Assembly (NCBI RefSeq): GCF_000143415.4
Contig: NW_003314270.1
Span: 1,605,048-1,669,047, forward strand
Source of the DNA: Selaginella moellendorffii
Taxonomy: Eukaryota; Plantae; Lycopodiophyta
Reading direction: 5' to 3'
DNA length: 64,000 nt
The notes beneath the pieces were generated by a model that was given only the letters and a program-made list of their open reading frames with translations, made no database searches and was not told the DNA's origin. Positions 25,001 through 38,995 of the stretch are shown here, one piece after another (positions within the stretch are counted from its first letter, which is position 1; the number at the start of each line of letters is the position of its first letter). Both the position numbers and the translations under genes were made by a program.

Positions 25001-28000
25001 ACAAGTCTATGATCATGCATGGACTCCTCCATGCTTGGCTCCATAGGCCACCCCTTTTGATGTTAGCACCTTCAACTAGAGGATTTGTTCCTCTGACTTA
25101 CCACTCTCGCTTAGCAAGTCATCTGACCAATGTAACATGATTTCATGCATAAACGTGAAAGTCCTTGACCATCAACTTTTGTTCAAAGTTATCCCTTTGA
25201 ACACTCGGGAACTACTTCCCCAACCTTGATAGTATTGCCTTATTGCAAGCTTCAAGACCACACTTTTGCTACGCCACTCTGATTTCACGCATTGTAGTAC
25301 TTAGAAAGCCAAGTGTAAATGGTTCATAGATTACCAAGAATTGTCTTTAGGAACCTTGAAGGAACTCTGTCCCTTAGCTTGCTAAGGCCTCTCCTTTTGC
25401 AAGCTTTCTAATTAACATATGGTCTAACATAGACAATTCCATGCCTTAGACTCCCCATGGCACCATGGTTGCTAGTAACAATATGCTCGAGCGCCCACTT
25501 GATTCTCCACTCTCAATTAATATAACCACCTTTGGTTATGTTCTTCGATTCCTATGGTTTGGTTCTATCCTCTTACTACTTGCTTTTGCTAGCTTTGCCA
25601 AAATTCCATTTTTAGCTGTCTAATTCAAGTAGATGGACTTCTCTCATCTTCGCAACCTTAGACATTTAGATAGCACTTTATATCCATCATTTGCTAGGGA
25701 CTTAGTCCCTTGGGCCTTATCTATTGCCCTTGCGACATCAAACACCACCTCCTAGTGTTCTAGAGTGTTTGGGTGTCCCAATGATGGCTTCTTTGACAAT
25801 GAGCATTCCCTTTTACGACATTGACTTACTATATTGCAATATAAATAATTTATCCCTCATAAGGGTATATCTAACTTCTTTATGCCATTAAAAAGTCTTA
25901 GGTAGCTACCTTCTACCAGTTTAACCAATTATTTTGCACTTTTTGTTTAGTTGCCTCATAGTTGTTAAGTCTTACAACTCATTGTTACATCTCCATCATT
26001 ATCTAGGTTACCACACTCCAACCACATGCCTTCCAGTTTAGGCTATGCCATTCCCATTTCCATTAGGATTCATTTGGGAAGGGGTTCTCGTGAACTCGCC
26101 AACTTGACTTTAAAGCATCATGCTTTGGCATATTCAGTGTTTGCACACCATCAGCTCCACGAGGCTGCCTTTATGACACTTTTTATTTATATCTAGGTCT
26201 TTGCCAAGACCAATACTACCAACTATCCGTTAGCACTACACCATATAGTTTAGACACAATTTTGTATCAAAGTTGCTTTTTTTTAGGAACATTTTTCCAA
26301 TAACTTTAGTATGGCACATTTTGCTATCAATGAGATACCCACTGTTCTCACACTTGGATCTTATGATCTTCCCCATCGTTCGTGGGGCACAATGCACCTC
26401 AGTCCAAATGCTTTTTACTAATCCCTTAAGACCATTCTTTGACTCTACTTGAGTCATCTAGCATTTTTGGACTTTACAATTCGATGACCCATAAGGTCCT
26501 ATTTGAGGTGCTAGCTCGCTGGAATACAACTTCTTGTATTCATATCCTACTTACAAGGACCATCTTTGCAAGTGTCATTCCAACAATTGATGTTGTTTTC
26601 TGGGGGCAACCTTTGCCCCTTAGGACTACTTATCCATATGATGAGAATACCAACTCATCTTTTAAGTACACCCCCAACTCCTTGGGTTGTTCCAGCATAG
26701 CCTCGGCTACCATTTCAAGAACTTATATCCTCTTCCGTATTTAACCTTCCACAGTCATTAATTCTGGTCTTAAATTCATGAGCACTAACCTGAACTATAT
26801 GAGGATAATCTTGTGACTCCTTTATTGTTTTGGAGTTTTTATTTTTCCCGTAATCCCAACTATAGTTGTTTACCACAACTACATTAGTCAGTTTGCTGAG
26901 TCAAACATTTATCTGGATCACATCCTCAACTCTTGTGACTCCTTTATTGTTTTGGACTTTTTATTTTTCCCATGATCCCAATTATAGTTGTTTACCACAA
27001 CTACATTAGCCAATTTGCTGAGTCAAATGTTTATCTAGATCACATCCTCAACTTTTTGAGGAAAACCTTATACTGTTCCCAAGATCCCGAAGTCGTACCA
27101 TTACTGGCCCTTTTCTATCCACCACCTCACGTACAAGTTCACACATGAACAGTAATGGAGAGCCATGTCTTCCTGACCTGCTACTCCTCATGGATAAGCC
27201 CACTCCTAGGACTTTCCGATGCCAACACCAGTGGTGATATACTTAAACACTAATAAAGGTTAAATTAAGGAACAGCTCCAATACCAAATTGTAAGCGACT
27301 AAATTTTTCATTTTACTTTAGTCACTTAACCACACCTCCGCCCATTTAGAGGAGTCTCATTCACAACCTGTCCATGGCCGAGTTTGCTTGCACTGCCACT
27401 AGGACAAGGTCCACAAGCCCGACCACTAAGTCCCACTGTCCTCTGGGACTTTTTCACCACATGACCGTATCCTTGAGAGGATTGCTCCTATTCCATTTTA
27501 CAGTCTAGGACTTTGGGACAACATTTTAGAACACCATGGCCTTACACGAGCCTCATAGGTACTATCCCCGTTTTTTGCCTTTGGGTGCTCTAGCCATGGG
27601 CTTAGAGCGAGGTTCCGTTGAGCCACACCAGGTATCCAAGTAGGTAGTGCCACCCACACTTAGACTGAGAGTATCGACCATTTGATCTCCCGGGGGAACT
27701 AGAGCCGGCTCTTGAACACTTCACCAAGCTACCCCGCTTGACGGTCTGTATTCACTCTAGCCTTAGACCTCCTAGTGGTTATCTTGTCACCCAACACCTA
27801 AGTACAGCCTTCTTGGGCCAAACTAGCCTTTCCTATCCAAATTGGCTCCACTAGAATCCTCCCCCTACTATACTTTTGGAGCTCACCAAACCCCCTAGGG
27901 TTTGGGAGACGAACGCTTTGGGCTTTCACCCTCTTAGACTCGAACTTGGACTCGGACTCAGTCTCAGTCTTGGTCCCGGTCTCGATCTTGGTCTCAGTCT

Positions 28001-28595
28001 TGACTTCGAACTCCATCTCGGGTCCTTCTTGGATTCCATATCGGATTCCATCTCGGGTCCATCTCGGACTCCATCTTGGTCCATCTCGGACTCCATCTTG
28101 GGTCCATCTCGGACTCTATCTCGGTCCATCTTGGACTCTATCTCAAACTCCATCTTGAGTCCATCTCGGACTCTATCTCGGTTCTATCTCGGGTCCATCT
28201 CGAACTCCATCTCGAACTCCATCTTGGTCTATCTCGGACTCCATCTCAGATTCTAGCTCGGTCCATCTTGGACTCCATCTTGGACTCCATCTTAGACTCC
28301 ATCTCGGACTCTAGCTCGGTCCATCTCGGACTCCATCTTGGGGTCCATCTCAAACTCCATCTCGGACTCCATCTTGGTCCATCTTAGACTCCATCTCGGA
28401 CTCCATCTTGGACTCCATCTTGGACTCTATCTCGGTCCATCTCAGACTCCATCTTGGACTCCATTTTGGACTCCATCTCGGTCCATCTCGGAGCTTTTAG
28501 TCTAAACGTGTTACGGTCATTTGGCTTTCGCTTTGGCCACTACCACGTGGCACCCTTTCGGCTTCACTTTGGAGCTTAGGGATTTGTGTCTCACA
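22091..28595 (-). mobile_element. Family B (LARD-like) copy B0, older and partly deleted
   Basis: Truncated LTR 22091-23187, internal 23188-27289, decayed PBS near 27275-27286, internally deleted LTR 27290-28595. ~122-bp tandem duplication at ~26810-27055. Confidence 0.88.
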
Positions 28596-31500
28596 ATTTA
28601 GCAGCAATCTGAGGTTTTGAAAAACTTCATGCATATCTACATAGTTCTCGGACGTTACTAGAAGGTGATCATGCTGTTGTTATTTCATTATTGAAGCGGA
28701 AAAACTTAGTTGGTCATACTACTTAGTGGGTTATGAAACTTTAAATATATGATTTTTAATGTTGTCCATTTATAATTAATATTGATGCCCTTTCTCAAGC
28801 TCCTCTTCCTTCTTCGCTCTCTTCTCGTTTCTAATGAGGTTTATGAAATTGAATGCTTCGAGATGGGTTTGAGAATTCTGTATCACTTATTGATGACTTG
28901 TCATTCCGGCATTTACATGCTTAATATTGTCTTAAATACAACCTTCTTTATTTTATAAGGACAAATCCAAATGATCATTTATGGTTGGTAGTGCCTTCTA
29001 TCTTTATTCTATGGTTTCTCCATGCCTACCATGATTCTCCTATTCTATGTGGGTATGTGGGACATCATTGTGTGACCGAGAAGTTGCACAAGTGTTTCGA
29101 TTAGCCAGAAATGTGACGTGGTGTTTTTCGGTATATACGTAGCTATGTTTGCTACCAAGCTTGCAATACTTCCCCTCGTGCTGCAGACGGTTAGAGTCAA
29201 TTGCATTTTCATGTCCATTTGAGTTGGTGGCATTTGATCTTGTGGGACCTTTTTCACAATCAACTGTGGGCAATGAGTATGTTATTATTACTTCCAATTA
29301 TTTGACTCGTTGGGTGGAAGTTGATGCTCTTGCTAGTGCCTCTACAATTATTGTTGGATACTTCCTCCTCAATCGAGTGGTGTTCTAACATTCTTGTCTG
29401 GAGTGAATTCTTTTGGATAATAGTCCCACATTTATGGCTGAGGTATTTCATATTTTGACATCTCAATTAAGGATATGCCACACTTTCACAAGTGTTTATC
29501 ATCCACAATGAGACAGTTTGGTGGAACGGCTTATTTAGACATTCAAAGGGATGTATGTGAAATTTTAACATTTGAATTAGGATGGTTATTTGTCGTCTTT
29601 TTAATATGCATATGTCACAGGGGTGCAAAGTTCTATTGGTGCTTCACCATATAAATTTCTATATGATCATAATCCAATATTACCAATAGAGCTAGGTTTA
29701 CCTTTATGATTGCCACAAGGTACAGATGCTAGGTCATAGAATTAGTATTTGACAAGCATTCTTCCACTTGTCCAAGTAGAATTTGCCGAACACCTAGGCC
29801 ATGTACAAATGGGATAACAATGGTGCTACAACTCCTTGTAAGCGACTAAATTTTCCATTCTACTTTAGTCACTTAACCACACCTCCGACCACTTGGAGGA
29901 GTCTCATTCACAACCTCCATAAGTCTAATTTAAGACTTGGGACTTGCTAGCCCCAAGGATGGCATCCATGCCACTCAACATTTGCACTCCGCCCCAGTGC
30001 TCCATGCGTCCAATCCCATGACCGACACTCAAAGGTACCACCGACATGGCAGCCTGTCACGCTAAGGCCATGCCCAATCACCTTTGCCACACTGGTAATC
30101 CAATACCACATGCATCCCAATCTTGGCTCTCCAAGACTAGGCAAACCATCCGTGAGTGGTCATCTCAAATCCACTCTTTAGCATCCTAAGGATGCCCACC
30201 GACAAGGGGAATAGCCTTCCCCAATATCCCTCTGTCAGTCCCTACTAAGTCCCTTTCTACCCCTGGCCGTGTTTGCCAACACTGCCACTAGATCGAGGCC
30301 CACAGGCCCGACCACTAAGTCCCACAGTCCTCTGGGACTTCCTCACCATACGACTGTGTCCTTGGTCACTACCCCAAAGGATTGCTCCTCTTCCTTTCCA
30401 TAGTCTGGGCCTTTGGGGACAACATTTTGAAACACCGTGGCCTTACGCGAGCCACCTAGGTACTCTCCCCACCTTCCGCCCTTGGGTGCTCTAGCCATGG
30501 GCTTAGAGCGAGGTTCCGTTGAGCCACGCCTGGTATCCAAGTAGGTAGTGCCACCCACACTTGGACTGGGAGCATCGGCCAGTCGATCTCCCGGGGGAAC
30601 TAAAGCCGACTCTTGAATACTTCACCAAGCTACCCCGCTTGTCGGTCCGTGTTCACTCTAGCCTTGGACTTCCCAGTGGTCAGCTCATCACCCAACACTG
30701 GGTCTGGCCTTCCTAGGCCAAACTGGCTCCATTGGGCTCTAACCCCCACACTCTCCCTACTATACTTTTGGAACCCCCTGCAGCCCCCCCCCCCCGGGGG
30801 ACGATCGCTTTGGGCTTTCACCCAACTGCCTGTATTAGTATTCGGACTCGGTCTCGGTCCTGAATTTGGACTCGGACTCAGTCTCGGTCTCGGTCTTGGT
30901 CTCGGTCTCGGTCCCGGTCTCGGTTCCATCTCAGACTCCATCTCGGACTCCATCTCGGGTCCATCTCGGACTCCATCTCGGGTCCATCTCGGACTCCATC
31001 TCGGTCCATCTCGGACTCCACTTCGGGTCCATCTCAAATCCATCTCGGACTCCATATCGGACTCCATCTCGGACTCCACTTCGGGTCCATCTCAGATCCA
31101 TCTCAAACTCCATATTGGACTCCATCTCGGACTCCATATCGGACTCCACTTCAGGTCCATCTCAAACTCCACTTTGGGTCCATCTCGGACTCCAACTCGG
31201 GTCCACCTCGGACTCCATCTCGGACACTTCCACGTGTCATGTGTTGGTCCTTTTTGGGTCCCTTTTTGGAGCCTTGCTTATTGCTCGCTTCGTGCTCGTT
31301 CCTTGAGCACTTTGTTGGGAGTTCCACTCTTGCTCTCGACCTTCCAAATCAGAGCTTTTAGTCTAAACGTGTTACACTCGTTTGGCTTTTGCTGCGGCCA
31401 CTACCACGTGGCACCCTTTCTGGCTCCACTTTGGGGCCTAGGGATTTTGTGTCTCACAACTCCACCACCCATAGACGAAGTTCGATGTCCTCATCGAACG

Positions 31501-34500
31501 GTAAACCATTTTGTTAAGTAACACCCGCATGTGTTACCATTTCCATCCTTGGCACCTAGCCAATATTTGTCAATGGTTTGACATTGAAGGCTCACCATGC
31601 CTTCTGCATATTCGTCAATGGTTTGATACCAAAGGCTCACCATGCCTTGCCCATCCTCTAAGGAGGGTAGTCTCTCCAACTTAGAAACTAGTTGGACCAC
31701 ATGTAGTGGTTCTCTCCTTTTATTGGTTTAGTTCTCGCTAAACCTCTTAGAGACCCTTCTCTAATCAATCCCACTACTCCTTCTCGAGTAGTCTCAATTT
31801 CCATCTATTGAACGTTTGCACCTTGGAACTTTTACTCTTTGACTTCTGGAAGTCAATTTCCTAGATGTCTCCAACACCTTGCATTGCACCTATTGTGCAA
31901 CTCCACTTCCCATCCTAGGAAGTTCTTTACTTGAGGGCACCATCATCCTTTCTTCTATTTCGTGCCACCTTGGGCACTAAGTTCCATTTATCATACTTTG
32001 TGCTAGGGCTGTCTATGTCCTATCATTTGGCTACTTTACTGCTCCCTCCCTTGGAGCTTCCACTTTTGCCAAATCAGAGCAATTCAGAATCCATCCTTGG
32101 AAACACACTTCCTTTCCCGCAATTTGTTAGCGTCCAACACATTAGTGTTCCTCGCCTAACTTTGTCACTTGGATTCCTTCCAAGGGATTCCACAGCCCTC
32201 TCTTGGCCACTCATCTTTTGCTCCTATCCGTTGATTGTTGCACCAAGCAACACTGAATCTCTACCTCCCTCCTTGAGGTATTATTTTGATTCCATAGCAA
32301 AGGCTCTGCTTTGCCAAGACTAGGGTGTTCACCCCAAGTAAGTCTCTTTAGCATGTTCTGTTGTGGGCTCTATCCACGGCCCAACTTTGTGACCTTCCCA
32401 TGGGTCTCTTTAAAGACTACTTTCCTTAGACACACTATGCCATCGCAATGACATAGCTCATTTCCCTAAGGTGCTTTTCCCACTTGGTCACCTTGACCAA
32501 GCCACACCACCATCAATAGTTCAAATCAACACTTTGAACTAGGAACCTTATTCCTTAGCCCAAACAAGGACTTTGTCCTTATTTAGCCACAAGATCACCT
32601 AGTGATCTCACCTTAGCACCTTAACAGGTTTGCCAATAGGTACTAGGTCTTCCAGACCTTTAACTTGTTAACTACGACCCCGGGGGCATCCCCCACACTT
32701 GACGGTGCGCCCAAGCCAGCCCTTCTGGCCAAAGGTCCATAACAACTAAGACTGGGTGTCCCCATCTCATTCACCGCATCCTTGGTGCCACTGGCACCAA
32801 AGTGTTCAAGTTAGATATGCTGAGCCACATTAAGCAATCTAACTGTGCATCACGACTCCGAGGCATCCCTCGCTTGGCAGTGTGCCCAAACCAGTCTCCA
32901 CACTGAGAGTCCATGACCATCGAAAAATGAGTGTCCTCATATTCCAAACCATCACCACACCCTAGTGAGTTGGGACTCAAACCCAAGCACTAGAGGGTTG
33001 GGACTTAAACCCAACCTCTGTATATGCATTTACGGACAGCATCACCCAGGATGCCTGGCGTGACTCCCCACACCTGTGCACCAACTTATACTCAAAGCAC
33101 GCTATAGATCACAGCTTAGGAACCTAGTTCCTCCACACTGTCAAGTCCTCTCACTTGACAAGTCTGTGATCATGCATGGACTCCTCCATGCTTGGCCCCA
33201 TGGCCCACCCTTTTTGAAGTTATCACCTTCAACTAGGGTATTTGTTCCCCTGACTTGCCAATCTCGCTTTGGCAAGTCCTCCGACCACTGTAACATGGTT
33301 CCTGCACAAGGGTGAAAGCCCTTGATCATCGACTTTCGTTCAAAGCCCTCTCTTTGAACACTCAGGAACTACTTCCCTCCACTCGATTCTCCACTCCCAG
33401 CTGGCATAACCAACCTTGGTTATGCCCTTTGATTTCTATGGTTCGGTTCTACCCCCTTACTTCTTGCTTTTGGCTTCACACCTTTCCTTCGGTCATTCTC
33501 CTCCAGACCAGGAGGATAGCTTTGCACTTTCTATCATGCCTTAGCAAGTATTCTTAGGGATGAACCTACCCGATAGCCTAGGGAGTGGTTCCTCAATCCA
33601 GGTATGCTCACCCTATAATCCCACACATCGAGATTACGTTGTTGCTTATGGGCCTTTACATGCCCATCACTAGCCTTGCCAAAATTCCATTTTTGGCTTT
33701 GTCCAATTCGAGTAGACAGTCTTCTCCTGTCTTCGCCACCTTGGACATTTGGATAGCACCTTCTATCCATCATTCGCTAGGGACTTAGTCCCTTGGGCCT
33801 TATCTATTGCCTTCGCGACATCAAACACCACCTCCTAGTGTTCTAGAGTGTTCGAGTGTCCCAATGATAGTTTCCTTGACAATGAGTATTTCCTTCCATG
33901 ACATTGACTTACTATATTGCAACATAAGCAACTTATCCCCCGTAAGGGTATATCCAACTTCCTTATGCCATTAAGAAGGCTTGGGTAGCTACCTTCTACC
34001 CGTTTAAACAATTATTTTGCACCTCCTGCTTAGTTACCTCATAGTTGTCAAGTCCTACAACTCATTACTGTTGCTTCCACACCTCCATCATTATCTGGGT
34101 CACCACACTCCAACTGCATGCTCTGCAGTCTAGGCTATGCCATTCCCATTTCCATTGGGATTCCTTTGGCAAGGGGTTCTCATGAACCCACCAACATAGC
34201 CTCAAGGTATCACACCTTGGCACATTTGGTGTCTCCACATTATCGGCTCCACGAGCCTACCTCTATGACACTTCTTCTTTGTGTCTAAGTCTTTGCCAAG
34301 ACCAATACCACTCTTTCTCATGCCAACCATCCGTTAGCACTACACCATAGAGGTCACACACAACTTTGTTTCAAAGTTGTTTTCTTTTGGGAACACCCTT
34401 CCCACGACTTTAGCATAGCACATTTTGCTATCGATGAGATACCCTCTGTTCTCATCCTTGGATCCTATGATCCCCCCCATCCTTCGTGGGGAACCACACA

Positions 34501-34863
34501 CTTTAGTCCAAATGCTTCTATTAGTCCTTTAGGACCATTCCTTGACTCTACTTGAGTCATCCAGCAGTTTTGGACTTGGTTAATCCACAGACCCGTAAGA
34601 TCCTACTTATCGGGCACTAGCTCACTGGAATACACTTCTTGCATTCATGTCCTCACTCACAAGGACTATTTTCACAAGTGTTACTCTAACACTTGATTTT
34701 GTTCTCTGGGGCAACCTTTGCCCCTTAGGACTACTTGTCCATTGTAAGCAACCAAAGGGAACGACTTGAGAGACGATCCATGGGGTTCAAATATAGAGGG
34801 AAAGGGCCCATGAACAAGAGTGCACCCCCTTTTCCAATCGGTTAAGGGTCTTGGGATATTTGG

Positions 34864-34919
34864 GGTTAAGCGTCCTTGGGTTTGAATAGTACTGGGCTGG
34901 GTGACCTCCCGGGAAGTCC
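34864..34919 (+). promoter_or_regulatory. 5S rRNA-derived Pol III internal control region (A box, IE, C box) in Cassandra LTR
   Basis: GGTTAAGCGTCCTTGGGTTTGAATAGTACTGGGCTGGGTGACCTCCCGGGAAGTCC aligns without gaps to plant 5S AGTTAAGCGTGCTTGGGCGAGAGTAGTACTAGGATGGGTGACCTCCTGGGAAGTCC. Confidence 0.9.
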
Positions 34920-34939
34920 AAAACTCAGGAGCTTACACT

Positions 34940-34951
34940 TGGTATCAGAGC
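34940..34951 (+). promoter_or_regulatory. Primer-binding site, tRNA-iMet
   Basis: TGGTATCAGAGC, 2 nt after the Cassandra LTR. Confidence 0.92.
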
Positions 34952-37900
34952 TGTTCCTTAGTCCAACTTTTATTGGTGCTCAAGTATATCACCACTAGTG
35001 TTGGCATTGGAAGGTCCGAGGAGTGGGCCTATCCTTGAGGAGTAGCAAGTTGGGAAGACATGGCTCTCCATTACAGTTCATGTGTGAACTTGTAGACGAG
35101 GTGGTGGATAGAAAAGGGCCAATAATGGAACGACTTTGGGATCTTGGGAACAGTGCAAGGTTTTCCTCATTGAGTTGAGGATGTGATCCGGATGAGCATT
35201 TGTCTCAGCAAATTGGCTTAGGTTGTTGTGGTAAACAACTAAAGTTGGGATCACGGGAAAAATAGAGACTCCAAAACAATAAAGGAGTCACAAGATTATC
35301 CTCATATAGTTGAGGTTGGTGCTCATGAATGTGAGACCAAAGGTAATAACCGTGGAAGGTCAAATACGGAAGAGGACGCAAGTCCTTGAAATGGTAGCCG
35401 GGGCTACCTTTAATAAATGCTGGAACAACCCAAGGAGTTGGGGGTGTATTAAGTGGATGAGTTGGTATTCTCATCACATGGACAAGTAGTCCTAAGGGGC
35501 AAAGGTTGCCCCCAGAAAACAAAATCAAGTGTCGGAGTAACACTTGTGAAAATAGTCCTTTTGAGTAGGACCGGAATGCAAGAAGTGTATTCTAGTGAGC
35601 TAGTGCCTCACAAGTAGGACCTTACGGGTCGGTGGATTAACCAAGTCCAAAATTGCTAGACGACTCAAGTAGAGTCAAGGGATGGTCCTAAAAGGACTGA
35701 TAGAAGCATTTGGACTGAGGTGCGTTATACCCCACAAAGGATGGGGGGGGATCATAGGATCCAAGGATGAGAACAGAGAGTATCTCATCGATGGCAAAAT
35801 GTGCCATGCTAAAGTTATGGGAAAGGTGTTCCCAGAAGAAAACAACTTTGACACAAAGTTGTGTGTGACCTCTATGGTGTAGTGCTAACGGATGGTTGGC
35901 ATGAGAAAGAGCGGTGTTGGTCTTGGCAAAGACTTAAACATGAAGGGGAAGTGTCATAGAGGTAGGCTCGTGGAGCTGATGGTGTGGAGACACCAAATGT
36001 GCCAAGGTGTGATACCTTGAGGCTATGTTGGTGGGTTCATGAGAACCCCTTGCCAAAGGAATCCCAATGGAAATGGGAATGGCATAGCCTAAGCGGTAGA
36101 GCATGCAGCTGGAGTGCGGTGACCCAGATAATGATGGAGGTGTGCAAGCACCAAGCAATGAGTTGTAGGACTTGACAACTATGAGGCAACTAAGCAAGAG
36201 GTGCAAAATAACTGGTTAAACGGGTAGAAGGTAGCTACCCAAGACTTCTAGTATAGGGAAGTCGAATATACCCTTACAGGGGATAAGTTGCTTACGTTGC
36301 GATATAGTAAGTCAATGTCATAAAAGGAAATACTCATTGTCAAGAAAGCCATCATTGGGACACCCGAACACTCTAGAACACCAGAAGTTAGTGTTTGATG
36401 TCGCGAGGGCAATGGATAAAGCCCAAGGGACTAAGTCCCTAGCGAATGATGGATAGAAGGTGGTATCCAAATGTCCAAGGTTGCGGAGACAGAAGAGGAC
36501 TGTCTACCCAAGTTGGACAAAGCCAAAAATGGAATTTTGGCAAAGCTAGTGATGGGCATGTAAAGGCCCATAAGCAACAATGTAATCCTAGTGTGTGGGA
36601 TTATAAGCTGAGCATACCCGGATTGAGGAACCACTCCCTGGGCTATTGGGTAGGTTCATCCCTAAGAATACTTGCTAAGGCATGATAGAAAGTGCAAAGC
36701 TATCCTCCTGGTCTGGAGGAGAATGACCGAAAAAAAGGTGTGAAGCCAAAGGCAAGTAGTATTGGGATGGAACTGAACCATAGAAATCAAAGGGCATAAC
36801 CAAGGTTGGTTATGCCAGCTGGGAGTGGAGAATCAAGTAGGGGCTCAAGGGTGTTGCCGCTAGCAACCGTGATGCCATGAAGAGTCTAAAATATGGAATT
36901 GTCCATGTTAGACTATGTGGCATTTGGAAGGCTTGCAAAAAGGGAGGCCTTAGCAAGCTGAGGGACAGAGTTCCTTCAAGGTTCCCAAAGACGATTCTAG
37001 GTAGCTTAGTACCTAGAAAGGCCAAGTGTAAATGGTTCATGGAACGCGCGAAATTAGAGTGGCGCAGCAGAAGCATGGTCTTGAAGCTTGCCATGAGGCA
37101 AGGCTATCAAGGTTAGGGAAGTAGTTCCCGAGTGTTCAAAGAGAGGGCTTTGAACGAAAGTCGATGGTCAAGGACTTTCACACTTATGTAGGAACCATGT
37201 TACAGTGGTCGGAGGACTTGCCAAGTGAGATTGGCACGTCGGGGGAACAAATACCCTAGTTGAAGGTGATAACTTCAAAAAGGGTGGGCCATGGGGCCAA
37301 GCATGGAGGAGTTCATGCATGATCACAGACATGTCAAGTGAGAGGACTTAGCAGTGTGGAGGAATTAGGTTCCTAAGCTGTGATCTGTAGCGCGCTTTAA
37401 AAATAAGTTGGTGCACCGGCGTGGGGAGTCACGCCAGGCATCTTGTGGATGCCGTCCGTAGATGCATATACGGAGGTTGGGTTCGAGTCCCGACCCTCTA
37501 GTGCTTGGGTTCGAGCCCCAAATCACTAGGGCGTGGTGATAGTTTGGAATATGAGGACACTCATATTTCGGTGGTCATGGACTCTCAGTGGGGAGACTGG
37601 TTTGGGCACACCACCAAGCGAGGGATGCCTCGGAGTCATGATGCACGGTTAGATTGCTTAGTGTGAAAGCTCAGCATATTTAACTTGAACGCTTTGGTGC
37701 AAGTGGCACCAAGGACGTGGTGAGTGAGATGGGGACACCTAATCTCAGTTGCTATGGACCCTTGGCCGGAAGGGTTGGCTTGGGCGCACCGCCAAGTGTG
37801 GGGGATGCCCCTGGGGTCGTAGTTAACAAGTTAAAGGTCTAGAAGACCTAGTACCTATTGGCAAACCTGTTAAGGTGCCGAGGTGAGATCACTAGGTGAT

Positions 37901-38995
37901 CTTGTGGCTAAATAAGGACAAGGTCCTTGTTTGGGTTAAGGAATAAGGTTCCTAGTTCAAAATGTTGAAATTGAACTGTTTAAGATGGTGTGGCTTGGTC
38001 GTGATGACCAAGTGGGAAGAGCACCTAAGGGAAATAAACTATGTCCGTCCGATGGCATAGTGAGTCCGAGGAAAGTAGTCTCTATAAAAGACCCATGGGA
38101 GGGTCACGAAGTTGGGCCATGGATAGAGCCCATAGCGGAAGATGCTAAAGAGACGTACTAGGGGTGAACATCCTCCGGACTTGGCAAAGAAGAGTCTTTG
38201 CTATGGAACCGAAAGGATACCTCAAAAATGGAGGTAGCGATCCGATATTGCTGGGTGCAACAATCAAGGATAGGAGCAAAAGACTAATGGCCAAGTTTGG
38301 GCCATGGAATTTAATGGAAGGGATCCAAATGGCAAAGTTAGCCAAGGAACACTAATGTGTTCGATGCTAACAGCTTGTGGGAAAGGAAGTGGACTTCCAA
38401 GGATGGATTCCGAATTGCTCTGATTTGGCGAAAGTGGAAGCTCCAAGGGAGGGAGCGGTAAGGTAGCCAAATGATAGGGTGATGGACAACCCTAGCACAA
38501 AGTGTGATAAATGGAACTTAGTGCCCAAGGTGGCACGAAATACAAGAGAGGATGATGGTGCCCTCAAGTAATGAACTTCCTAGGATAGGGAAGTGGAGTC
38601 GCACAATCTGTGCAATGCAAGGTGTTGGAGACACCTAGGAAATTGACTCCAAGAAGTCAAAATTCAAAGTTCCAAAGTGCAAAGGTTATATCGATGGAAA
38701 TTGAGACTACTCGAGAAGGAGTAGTGGGATTGACTTAGAGAAGGGTCTCTAAGAGGTTTAGCGAGAACTAAACCAATAAAAGGAGAGAACCATTACATGT
38801 GGTCCAATCAGTCTCTAAGTTGGAGAGACTATGCTCCTTAAAGGATGGACAAGGCATGGTGAGCCTTTGATGTCAAACCATAGACAAAGATTGGCTAGGT
38901 GCCAAGGATGGAAATGGTAACACGTGTGGGTATTACTTTATGAAAGGGTTTACCGTTCGATGAGGACATCGAACTTCGTCTATGGGTGGTGGAGT

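Noticed and set aside
34864-34919. A true 5S rRNA gene
   Set aside because: Only the internal ~56 nt match; the 5S 5' and 3' ends are absent and it lies within an LTR.
37478-37521. tRNA genes at GGTTCGA motifs
   Set aside because: No acceptor, D or anticodon arms; kept only as motif-level hairpins.
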